A DNA stretch of 18,273 bases from Ginkgo biloba (taxonomy: Eukaryota > Plantae > Ginkgophyta), in the NCBI GenBank assembly GCA_024626585.2, contig JANKJI020000004.1, positions 130,859,552 to 130,877,824 of the forward strand, written 5' to 3'. Below the pieces are notes generated by a model, which had not been told where the DNA came from, searched no databases, and saw nothing but the letters and a program-made list of their open reading frames with translations. Below, in pieces: positions 1-9,589 of the stretch (position 1 is the first letter of the stretch; the number at the start of each line of letters is the position of its first letter). Both the position numbers and the translations under genes were made by a program.

Positions 1-459
1 ATTTGGTGAAGTGATCACTTTTGTTTCCCCCTCCTACTTTTTGCTCTCTCTTACAAGGGATGATCTAATTAGATTTTATAGATGGTCTTTTTATTTGTGT
101 TGGCTCCCTTTCTTGCTTTTTCATGCTTTAATAAGTGGATGCTAAAGCGTGAACTTAGGACTTATAGCTAAATAAAATTCACCCTTTTGAAGATCACAAT
201 GCGCATGCATTATAGTGTTGGTTGTTTGCTCTTTTTGTGCCTTTATTCCATTGTATTCCTTATGGTGTTGGACCTTGTGCCTATGATGTTAAATATACCT
301 GCTCATCTTTCCTTGTGTGAAGATACCAATGTTGTGACATTCCATAACTTCATGGTCTTATACATAAACACTTAATGCTTTTGGCTCCTACCCCCATATT
401 CTAATTGGTNNNNNNNNNNTTAAAGTCTTGGAATATTATTCTTTGAGGATGAATTAATT

Positions 460-474
460 GAAAGGGGGATGGTA
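460..474 (+). promoter_or_regulatory. Polypurine tract (PPT) of a + strand LTR retrotransposon
   Basis: GAAAGGGGGATGGTA lies immediately before TGTTATG and is preceded by CTTTGAGGATG, the typical Ty3/gypsy 3' internal end. Confidence 0.7.
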
Positions 475-759
475 TGTTATGTTCCTAAACACAACTTGAG
501 CTTAAACTGCCAAATTTAGCATAAAGAACAATTAAAAAGAGGCCAAAATAGCTAAAAATATGCCTAACATAAGTTAAAAGAGTGAAATTCCTAAAGGAGG
601 CTAAATAAGCTTAATTTTACCTTAATTAAGCTTTAATAATAGGTAAATAAATAATTTTACCTATATTAAGCCTAGAAGCTTAATATAGGTTAATTAATTC
701 CAAAAATCACTTCCCCTTTAAAAGTTATGACTCTTAAGCTAGCGTGTCTTATTTTAAAG

Positions 760-768
760 TATAAATAG
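760..768 (+). promoter_or_regulatory. LTR TATA box
   Basis: TATAAATAG inside the LTR, followed by a pyrimidine-rich tract (CTCATTTCATCATC). Confidence 0.55.
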
Positions 769-798
769 GCCTATTTCACCCTCATTTCATCATCAAAT

Positions 799-948
799 CA
801 TAACATATTATCATTTCTTCTTCTTTTAGAAGATTTTTACTCTTCTTGGTAACAAGTGCTCCTAGTTTTATGACATAATATATTATCATTTCTTCTTCTT
901 TTAGAAGATTCCCACTCTCTTGGGTAGCATATCCTTCTAATTTTATGA
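799..948. repeat. 2 x 75-bp tandem duplication inside the LTR
   Basis: CATAA(C/T)ATATTATCATTTCTTCTTCTTTTAGAAGATT...TTTTATGA at 799-873 and 874-948. Confidence 0.9.
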
Positions 949-1359
949 CATTTTGTGATGGCAAGTGCCCTGCACCGCTATAATTATTCTAGAATTCTAC
1001 TATTTTCGAGTATTTTGTTAAAATCTGTGATGTTCATGTGATTGTACTACATGTTTATTTTGAAGTGCATGCTAAAATAAAGATTGTTTTTATTTGTGGC
1101 ATATCTTCATTCTTATCTATGAATTGTTATTATCTCTGGATTATTTCGTAGTCGCCCATTTGGGACAATATAGGTGCATTGTAGATCATAAAAAAATGAG
1201 ATAGCTATGTAGCTAATATAGTTTCTTTTTCTTAGTAATGAAGAATAATTAAAAATTGTATAGGACTTTATGCTTAAATGCGTGAAATTATTTATTGATC
1301 ATTATTCCAATTAACGTAATTTGATCTTGATTGGGACTTATCCATCCATGAGAAGAGAT

Positions 1360-1665
1360 TTGATGGACAAGGAAAATAAACACATTAGAAAGCCAGTAGA
1401 GCATAAACATGAGGCAAGAGCATCAGGGAGATTTTCCATTGTTGTAGATAGAAATTCACGACACTAGCATCTCCACCAATGTCACATAGTAGGCAATAAA
1501 AGAGAAATGTGCCAAAAATGAAGGCAAATTGAACCCACTATTCCATTGCTAAGTGCAAATAAATATAACTACTATTGTTAATTGTTGATGGTAAATCCAA
1601 GATCCTCAAGCCTCCGCCTTAGCATAACTTCAACTATATCCACAATGTGAGGTGGCATCCTCACA
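1360..1665 (-). mobile_element. Solo or partial LTR homologous to the LTR at 2648-2954
   Basis: Minus strand TGTGAGGATGCCACCTCAC...TTGAAGTTATGCTAAGGCGGAGGCTTGAGGATCTTGGA...TATTTATTTG...GCAATGGAAT aligns with TGTGAGAATGCCAACTGAC...TTGAAGGTTATGTTGAAGTGGAGCCCTGAGGAACTTGGA...TATTTATTTG...GCAATGGAAT. The left boundary is approximate. Confidence 0.7.
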
Positions 1666-1851
1666 AGCTTCACACACAAGTGGGTAAAAATAAAACTATT
1701 GAAATATTATAAAAAAAAAATGATTGCTCCACGCATAGGTAGGCACTATCTCCAAATGTAATATAAAATATAAAAGAGCTCAAAATGATTACAAAGATAA
1801 TGGAAATGCAGAAGTCTTTGTCCATCCTTGAGAAAAATATGTCACTAAGCA

Positions 1852-2375
1852 AGTTGAATACCAAACGTATTGAGTTCTTACCCAGATTGCAAGTTATTCA
1901 ACTAAATGCCTAGGTTGTAATATCGATTCTACCATACATTGGGGAATATTTAGACTAGTGTTTTGGTGAGTAAGAACAAGAATCTTTAGTGGTCGTGATA
2001 GACGGAATAGGTTCTTCAACCTCCTCTCCCAAAGTTACACTCACTTGATCAATCGAGAAGAGCAAGAGTAATTGATGGTATTTGCTTTCAAGTGCCTACA
2101 TTGATTCTTATAAGTTGTACATTTATGAGCCTTGGCTTATATGTGTTAAATAAGTTCTATCTTTTTTACTTCCATGATGACATATTAGATGGTAGTGAAC
2201 CAAGAGTACTATATGGATAGGATGCACCTAAGAATGCATTGATGCTAATGAGTCCGTAACCAAAAACAACGAGAGTTAATTTTGGTGTAGCTAATTTAGT
2301 CATAATGTGTGCATCATGATATCGCATTCCAATTAAAAATAAAAAGGTTGTCTATGAGATGGATTACTAATAACA
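1852..2375 (-). mobile_element. Possible 5' LTR plus PBS-like site of another element
   Basis: Minus strand ...CAATACG-TT-TGGTATTCAACT (PBS-like, 1852-1863), with TATA-like CATATAAGCC near 2132-2143. The right boundary is uncertain. Confidence 0.3.
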
Positions 2376-2647
2376 TGGATTATGGAAAAATATATCTAAG
2401 TGTGAAGGACAAAGGAATCAAAACTTCCATGTAGAGTGCGAAAAGCAATGTAAGGTTGTGAATAATGAACCTAATGCAATGCAAAATTGAACTTGAGAAT
2501 CTAAGATTGAAATCTTATGACCTCATTTTATCTTGCAACAATCTAATAACAACAACAATATTGTAGAAAACAATCCCAAGCAAGTAATAGATCTAGCCAT
2601 CTAGTTGGCACAATGTTTTGCAACAACTCTAATAATAATGAAGTTTT

Positions 2648-2954
2648 TGTCATGCAACCTCTAGGGCTAAGAATCCTAGATGGAATGAGTGTATTCGCTA
2701 CAGAAAACAAGAAAGTGAATACATGAGAGTAGTTGAGTAGAAGTAGGAAGTAATAATATCTCCATTAGTGCCACATATAACGCTTCTAGGTAGTAAAGGA
2801 GAAATAAAGAAATGCACAAGAAATGGAGCCAAACTGAAGTGATCATTCCATTGCCAATAACACAAATAAATACAACTGTTGGCAACTCCAAGTTCCTCAG
2901 GGCTCCACTTCAACATAACCTTCAATTGCCTCCACGTCAGTTGGCATTCTCACA
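2648..2954 (-). mobile_element. 3' LTR (~300 bp) of the minus-strand gypsy element
   Basis: Begins TGTGAGAATG directly after the PPT and is homologous to 1360-1665. The probable end is ...GTTGCATGACA near 2649 (approximate). Confidence 0.65.
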
Positions 2955-2965
2955 TTATCCCCCTT
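2955..2965 (-). promoter_or_regulatory. Polypurine tract
   Basis: AAGGGGGATAA between the integrase stop codon and the LTR TG. Confidence 0.7.
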
Positions 2966-4183
2966 AAGAAGAAGGATAGAAAGGATTCATACACAAAACA
3001 TGAGCAAAATGAATGGAACCATTTGCAAGTCATCGAAGTTGATGTGCTCAAGAGGTTAGTTGGCAGAGCACTTTGTAAGGCTCAAGCCACCAATGGAACA
3101 AACTTTCAAAGAGATTGCATTTGCGGAGTGGGTAATAGACCAACCCCAAGTCATCTTTTAAATATGTGATGGTGATGATGTTCATCATAGGATCGCTTCT
3201 ATCATTATTTAGCTATAGAAGTGTTACACAATTAAGTCAAGTGTAACGTAGGTAAACCAAAGCTTAAGTGGTCACACCAAGCTTGAGTAGATGCACAAAG
3301 ATTGGAGTGGGTTGTCAACTCGATTGTTGAAGGCATGATGTGATCTCGACTATAAGAAGGACGAAAGGGGGAAATTTGTGTGGAGGCTTGAACATAAGTA
3401 TTATAGGCAAAGAGGACACAAGGTAAAAATTGGTCATGATCAGTGTGTTGAGGGTTAATGTACATGGCAAGCATTTGTTTGATGGTGGCCTTAAGTCGTT
3501 TAGTAAGGCCATTAGCAATGGGATAGAAGGGATTGGAGAAAGATTAGTGAATGCCCAAAGTAGAAGTGACCAATGAATTGAAACTAGAGCCACAATCCAA
3601 ATGGGTATGAGAAGGACAAGAATGACAATAGACCATAGGGACAACAAGAATTTGGTGACTTAATGTGCATCTAAAAAAGGAATCGTTGTAGGTTCAAGCC
3701 AACAAGTGAGATATTTGGTGAGAACAATGATATAATGATTCCTCATGTAGAGAAAGAAGGAAGGGACGAACAATATCATAGCCCCCAACTTAAAAGGAGA
3801 AGAAAGTGAGAGAAATTTAAATTGACTAGTGGGCCAAACTTTAGGAGACTTAAAAATAACTAACTAGGGACATCAATGAAGAAAATAAAAAAAGGTCATG
3901 GCAAAGATGAAGCCAACAAAAGTATTGACAATTTTTTGGCAAGACTTTCGCAAAATTGAGGTATGCAACTAGAGGGTGAGAATGAATAGAATGCATGTAT
4001 TCTTGACAGAGGGAATTGCATATAGAGACAAGGTGGTTGGTTTTTTTTAAGAAAATAAAGAACACTATTAATAAATTGATAGTGTTGGAGGAAGGCTTGA
4101 CCAATGCAAGGACGAAAACTATGCATTTGAGAGATGAAGGATTAGACATCTTGGTGAAACGGTTTAGTTTTAAGAAGGCAATC
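2964..4183 (-). pseudogene. Ty3/gypsy pol remnant: integrase (Zn-binding, rve core, GPY/F), no chromodomain
   Basis: Frameshifted translation: HSHPLVAYLNFAKVLPKNCQYFCW (degenerate HHCC region), YDIVRPF..NHYIIVLTKYLTCWLE, DCGSSFNS, FYPIANGLTKRLKATIKQMLAMYINPQHTDHDQFLPCVLFAYNTYVQASTQISPF, DDLGLVYYP..FHWWLEPYKVL, HVLCMNPFY-stop. Confidence 0.9.
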
Positions 4184-4325
4184 NNNNNNNNNNNNNNNNN
4201 NNNNNNNNNNNNNNNNNNNNNNNNNNNNNNNNNNNNNNNNNNNNNNNNNNNNNNNNNNNNNNNNNNNNNNNNNNNNNNNNNNNACAATGATAGAGTTCGA
4301 CAATTGAAAAAACTTTTTGGTGCAC

Positions 4326-5082
4326 AAATACGACACAAGCCTTTTGCATGATCATGAAAACAAAAAGTTGTTAGGAAAATGGCATTCTTGCACTTAGGAG
4401 GGGATTGCAAGTGTAGTTTATGTTTGAATGTCATTTGTTTAATAATATGGCAAATCATTTTCTTCATTTATGTAAAGGTTTGATAAGGTCAACAACCTTG
4501 TACAAAAGGTGCAAGTTGATGATTATTCAAATATTATGTATTAATGCTAGATTATTTATTTGAAATAAGCCAATGTACTAATCATTTACAATGACATAGG
4601 AAATACGACATAAGCATAATGTTGTTAGGAAAATGGCATTCTTGCACTTGGGATAGGATTGCAAGTGTAGTTTATGTTTGAATATCATTTGTTTAAGAAT
4701 ATGGTTGATTATTTGCTTCATTTATGTAAGGTTTGATAAGGTCATCAACCTTGTAGAAAAGGTGCAAGTTCATGATTATTCAAATATTATGTATTAATGC
4801 TAGATTATTTATCTAAATAAGCCAATGTACTAGAAATTCATTTTCATTTATGATACCAAGATCTTTTTAAGGTAGTTTATGTTTGAATATTATTTGTTTG
4901 AGAATATAGTAGATCGTTTTCTTCATTTTTGTAAGGTTGGATAAGGTCATAGACCTTATAAGAAAGGTGCAAGTTGATGATTATTCAATTACTATGCAAC
5001 AACATTAAATTATTCATCTAAAATAAGCCAATGTACTACTCATTCATTTTCTTTTACGATATTAAGATCTTTTTCAAAGGTA
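4326..5082. repeat. Three diverged tandem copies (periods ~254 and ~205 bp)
   Basis: Core GTAGTTTATGTTTGAAT...GATAAGGTCA...AAGGTGCAAGTT(G/C)ATGATTATTCAA...AAATAAGCCAATGTACTA at ~4413, ~4667 and ~4872. GTTGTTAGGAAAATGGCATTCTTGCACTT occurs at 4367 and 4621. Confidence 0.9.
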
Positions 5083-5496
5083 ATGTATGGTACATTGTGG
5101 CAATTTGTGAACATCACCATTACAATCCTTAAATCTCCATTATTTGAAAGAATGGGTTATATTACATATCAAATGACCTTTCATCATGCCCGAAGTATTG
5201 GAAGATGCTTTGACAAGGATAATAAAATATGTAATTAATTCCCTTCTCATTATTCTAATGAATTTTGAAATGTGATGTTTTGGCCATTCAATAAGTTGTG
5301 ATTCTTAGTTTTTGATCTAGTACATGATATTGTGGCCTATCAACTAGCTTCATTTCTTAGTTTGATTTATGTCCATGAATCCCAATGTTTTAAGTTTGGA
5401 GGTGATTTATTCTTTCTCGTCCTCTTCAAATTGATAAACCATCATAGAAAAGTTTAAGAAAACTGTAATTAATCATTGCCAACAAGTTGATTAACA

Positions 5497-5766
5497 CTAT
5501 TTTTAATATGTTCATATGTTTTATAGAATCTTGAATGTCTTATAGGTGGGTATGCATGTAATTCCTTTAATAATGCTTCACGAAGGGGGGATTGGGCAAC
5601 AAGCATAACATTCCCTTTATATTGTAAGTATTGGCCATCGCAAGAGTAACCTGGTTTGGCTGTGGGGTCAGTGATGAGTTGTTGAATGAGTTGCTGGGTG
5701 GGGACATCTTTCTTCCATTCTTGTTGGACCTCTTGTATCCAATCGAGTGTTGGCAAGGATAAAGCA
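5497..5766 (-). pseudogene. Plant chromovirus-type Ty3/gypsy pol fragment (RNase H-integrase linker and start of Zn-binding domain)
   Basis: PTLDWIQEVQQEWKKD...PGYSCDGQYLQYKGNVMLVAQSPLREALLKELHAYPPIRHSRFYKTYEHIK matches the conserved 'L.YKGRL......ILKELH.SP.GGHSGF.KTY.R' pattern. Truncated at ~5496 by TGTTAATC (possible LTR end). Confidence 0.85.
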
Positions 5767-6503
5767 NNNNNNNNNNNNNNNNATAACTTGTAGATTCAAG
5801 TATGATTAACCTATTATTCATCTATAAAATTAAATATGAAATAATTCATCAATTCCCTTAATTCTTTATAGACTAGAAATATATTCTTTTAACCACTTCC
5901 TTCAAATCATTTTAAGCACCATAACTATTGTAATCCCCCATCCCACTTCACCCTAGAATATTTTATTTTCTATCCCATTTTTTATAACTCCAAATGTGTT
6001 GTTGTTGGTGTATTTGGATAGTATACACACATGCATTCAATAGCTTATACATAAAATATAGGCTAGGTGTGAATGAATTGCACAAAATCATTTTATTCCA
6101 TTGTGTATCAATGTTCCTATAGAAATGATTTTTGCTAAACAAGGTATAAAAGAAATGTGCATTCCTATTAATTTAATGCATGGACATGAGGGTTTCCATT
6201 CAAGATAAGATAAAAACAATGTGTAAAATTATCATTAGTTCATATAAAACTAATACTAATATCATATATTAGTATTAATATCTATTTTAAAATCATACAA
6301 AGTAAGCACTTCAAAAAATATGCTCATAGAGTAAATTGCCCTCCAAATATGCTTTAGATTTTAAAAAATGCATTTGTAAATGGGATGCTTTTGTCCTTTT
6401 AATCTTGTATAGGTCTCTTCAACTAAAAGTAATTTCCATAGAAGTATTATGTTGCTATATTGAGTCTTTATAGTATATAAAACAATCGAGATTGCACCAA
6501 ATA

Positions 6504-6721
6504 ATGAACATAGTAGTGAGAAAAGTAACAAGGAAAAGACAACTTATTTTCAAGTTGGGGATCATACACATAGATAACATAACATTTGATAATAATTCAT
6601 ATTTCATATAAGATGAACATAGTAGTGAGAAAAGTAACAAATAAAAGACAACTTATTTTCAAGTTAGGGATCATACACATAAATAACATAACATTTGATA
6701 ATAATTCATATTTCATATAAG
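6504..6721. repeat. 2 x 109-bp near-perfect tandem duplication
   Basis: ATGAACATAGTAGTGAGAAAAGTAACAA...TTCATATTTCATATAAG at 6504-6612 and 6613-6721, with only a few substitutions. Confidence 0.95.
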
Positions 6722-7567
6722 ACTTTCATAGAACTTTGATTTTATCTAAAGATGTTTTTGCAAGATTTTATTTTACGAGAATCAATAAAACTAGTACAAA
6801 TTATACAATACGTTGAAGTAAATTAAGAGAAAAGAACAATTAGAAATCATGTTTATTCTATATAAAAGCACCAAAAAAATGTGAAAGTGCAAATTTGAAG
6901 TAATCAAAATCTTTTAAATAAGCTTAAATATAGGGATATTAAAATGTGAGCACATGAACAAAGTTAAATAAAAGAAAGAAAGGTAGAATGAGATCTTTGA
7001 TCAATATTGTTTAAGGCATTCATTTTTTGTTGTTGTTGTTGTAAAAATGATTGAGATTATAGCTACAAAATTATGAATAATATTCCTTATTTTCAAGGAT
7101 AGAAAAACATTGGAATCCAATATTTCAATTAATTAATTCTAAAGGCAATTCGCATGCCAAAAGTTGNNNNNNNNNNNNNNNNNNNNNNNNNNNNNNNNNN
7201 NNNNNNNNNNNNNNNNNNNNNNNNNNNNNNNNNNNNNNNNNNNNNNNNNNNNNNNNNNNNNNNNNNCCTCCAGAGTCATCTACAATAGTTAAAACAATGA
7301 TCATGTTCCCCTGCCACGAATCTTAGTGGTGGATCTTCCACCTCATGCCAAAGAAAGCGCCATGCTTTTCATCCTATGTGGTGTACAAATGTGAGTCGCA
7401 TATTCAATCCATCATTCATTGAGAATATTTAAACATATCCCCGTGGTGGATATACGATAAGAGAGGAGAGTCACCACACACTCAAGCGTCTACATGAAGG
7501 AAAAGCCACTAGAGATGAAAGGGGGTCACTCGACCAGTAAANNNNNNNNNNNNNNNNNNNNNNNNNN

Positions 7568-7860
7568 AGAAACAGTTGTAGAGGTGGCTAGGATCATTTA
7601 TAGGGAAGTTCCAAAGGTACCCTAAGGTTACCAACCACCGGGAGGAAATTCAAGACGTAGTCACCTAACGCCTCTGGCTAAAAGACTATAAAAGGGAAAA
7701 TGCTAGTCATCACTCGCTCTCTCAAGTTAACTTCCCTCTCAAGGGGGGCTAGCTCTCTCTCCCTCTTTTTAAGAGAAGAAGAAAGAGGTTTCAATTTCTA
7801 ATTTTGGGTCTTCTATTTGTTCTTTTGTTGTCACCACTTATCATCCTCAAGATGTAATAG
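7568..7860 (+). mobile_element. LTR-like fragment
   Basis: CTATAAAAGGG at ~7686 followed by CT-rich and GA-rich tracts and T-rich U5-like sequence. Termini not identified. Confidence 0.35.
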
Positions 7861-7861
7861 T

Positions 7862-9043
7862 TTTGGAGAAGTGATCCCAAGCGAGAGTTGTTTTGTTTAT
7901 GTCATTTAATGAAAATGAAGTTTTTCAATCTTGTGCTTATGGTGATGCCATAATATAGGCTTTTGCAATACTTGTTTCTCATTGAATGAGATATCGTTTT
8001 TCTATGATATTCATCTAGTGATGCTATTGGGTATCATGGGTCAACAGATATTGATACATGATTTTGCATGAGTTGTCTAGCGGATTGCATATGATGGTGA
8101 AGTAGTGTATCAAGTCTCTCCCTGATCTTAAAGTGACATGAGGAAATCTTACATTTTCTTTGAAATTTTTTCCAGAGAATGTCCAGAAATCTATTCTTCT
8201 TGATTTGTCATATTTTATATCTGCTTTTGAGGTTGAAGGGTTTGGCCCATGTTGTCATACCAGTCTCAATAGCTTTCCCCCATCTTGCCAATTGTAATTA
8301 GAAGGTCCAGGTCATGCCGATGTACTAGCTCCAATAACAGATGGGTTATTTTCTTATGTGTTTTCTTCTCCATGTTGTAATTTCTAATTGCAAAGTTGGA
8401 CTGGCCGGCTCTCGACATTGTATCAACCTCGTAAGAAGATATTCCAGTCTCTTTTTTTCAATAACGTGTGCCAAAACCTGTTGTCCGAGTTCATCTCCAA
8501 CTTTTTGCAGGCTTCATATCTAAAACAAATTGGAAGTCTCGCCATCATACCAATTTCAATGGTAAACCTTTTGAAATGCTCACCCTTTTTTTATTTTTTT
8601 GTACTTTGTATCGTTCCCCTCCCTTTCTAAAGAGTTTTCAATACCACCTGATTTAGGCTTAATTTAATTGTTTGTATTTTGTTGAATACAAGCAATGGAA
8701 ACTGTTCCCATTGCAAGGCGAATTTGTGCAATCATATTTTTTTATGCAAGGACTCAACACCTATGTAGTCGTGTGAAGAAGTTGTTTGCCGTTTGCAAAC
8801 ACTGTTGCAGACTTGTGGAGTTGTTGAAAGTTGTGGGCGATTTGAAAGGTCAGTTACAGATATTTGGAAGCTTGGGCGACCCTTTCAAAATCGTTTGAAG
8901 CCCTTGTTGACTCAGTGGATCTCGTCCTATACAATTTCAGTGAGGCTCTCCTGAAGTATAGCAGTCTGTTGCATGTTGGGATGTTGCGGGAGTATGGAAT
9001 ATCCGAGAAACCTCAACCGAACCTATAAAAAATGCTTGGCCAT
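7862..9043 (-). pseudogene. Decayed reading frame of unknown function (394 codons, 17 in-frame stops)
   Basis: ATG at 9043; protein-like stretches such as LQESLTEIV*DEIH*VNKGFKRF, LPICFRYEACKKLEMNSDNRFWHTLLKKRDWNIFLRG and IDFWTFSGKNFKENVRFPHVTLRSG; the in-register antisense frame is open at 8388-8630. No recognisable family, and the frame choice is uncertain. Confidence 0.35.
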
Positions 9044-9432
9044 TGTTAATCTCTATGTAAATCAACTGATGGGATATTTTAAGAGATGAATACGCGACCA
9101 GGGATATAGGAGGGCGACTCCAATCGTTTGATAGAAATCGTGCCATGGATAAATCGATTCGATAAAGTGAATTCAGGTTGCAGGTGACAGTCGCTTCAAA
9201 CGCGGTTCAATTTTTTTTTTTTTAAAAACCAAAAGTTCACAAAATTTAATTGATTTAATCATCTTGTAATTTATTTTGAAATCCGACATTAATCCCCCTG
9301 CGCGGTCACATGGCTCACTTGATGAAAACCGGGTGCTAAAGTCTCACGAATTAAAGTCTTGGTCATATGGTCACATGTGTCATTGTGTAATCGAGTGTTA
9401 GGTGCTAAACTGGTAAAACTCTCTTTAAGTGT

Positions 9433-9500
9433 TATTAGAATATTAAATTTATGGGAGAGTGTTGAAAATTAGAATTTAATATAAATTTAATATTCTAATA
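9433..9500. repeat. Perfect 20-bp inverted repeat with a 28-nt spacer
   Basis: TATTAGAATATTAAATTTAT (9433-9452) / ATAAATTTAATATTCTAATA (9481-9500). Confidence 0.9.
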
Positions 9501-9589
9501 TCTAGGGTTATGTGAAAAATTAAGGGTTAATATAAAATATGAAGGGTTGCAGGAATATAAAATGAAGGGTCATAGGAAGTTGAAGTGAA

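Larger units (their letters stand above)
475..1172 (+). mobile_element. 3' LTR (~700 bp) of an LTR retrotransposon
   Basis: Starts TGTTATGTTCCTAAA right after the PPT and ends TTTGGGACAATATA, a degenerate inverted match to the start. Contains TATAAATAG at 760-768. Confidence 0.65.

Noticed and set aside
1400-1445. ENLPDALAS on the minus strand resembling the RNase H 'N..ADALA' motif
   Set aside because: It lies inside sequence homologous to an LTR, and no other RNase H motifs are present.
187-2925. Short hydrophobic ORFs (187-375, 782-964, 1670-1864, 2676-2925)
   Set aside because: They fall in LTR/UTR sequence, the hydrophobicity reflects T-rich composition, and no domain or exon structure is recognisable.
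6251-6277. 12-bp inverted repeat TAATACTAATAT/ATATTAGTATTA
   Set aside because: It is short and almost all A/T in a very AT-rich region, so likely chance or local slippage.
8468-9030. Plus-strand coding alternative (RYLEAWATLSKSFEALVDSVDLVLYNFSEALLKY...)
   Set aside because: It has frequent stops upstream and no motif, and the minus frame looks more coding-like. It is not fully excluded without a consensus.
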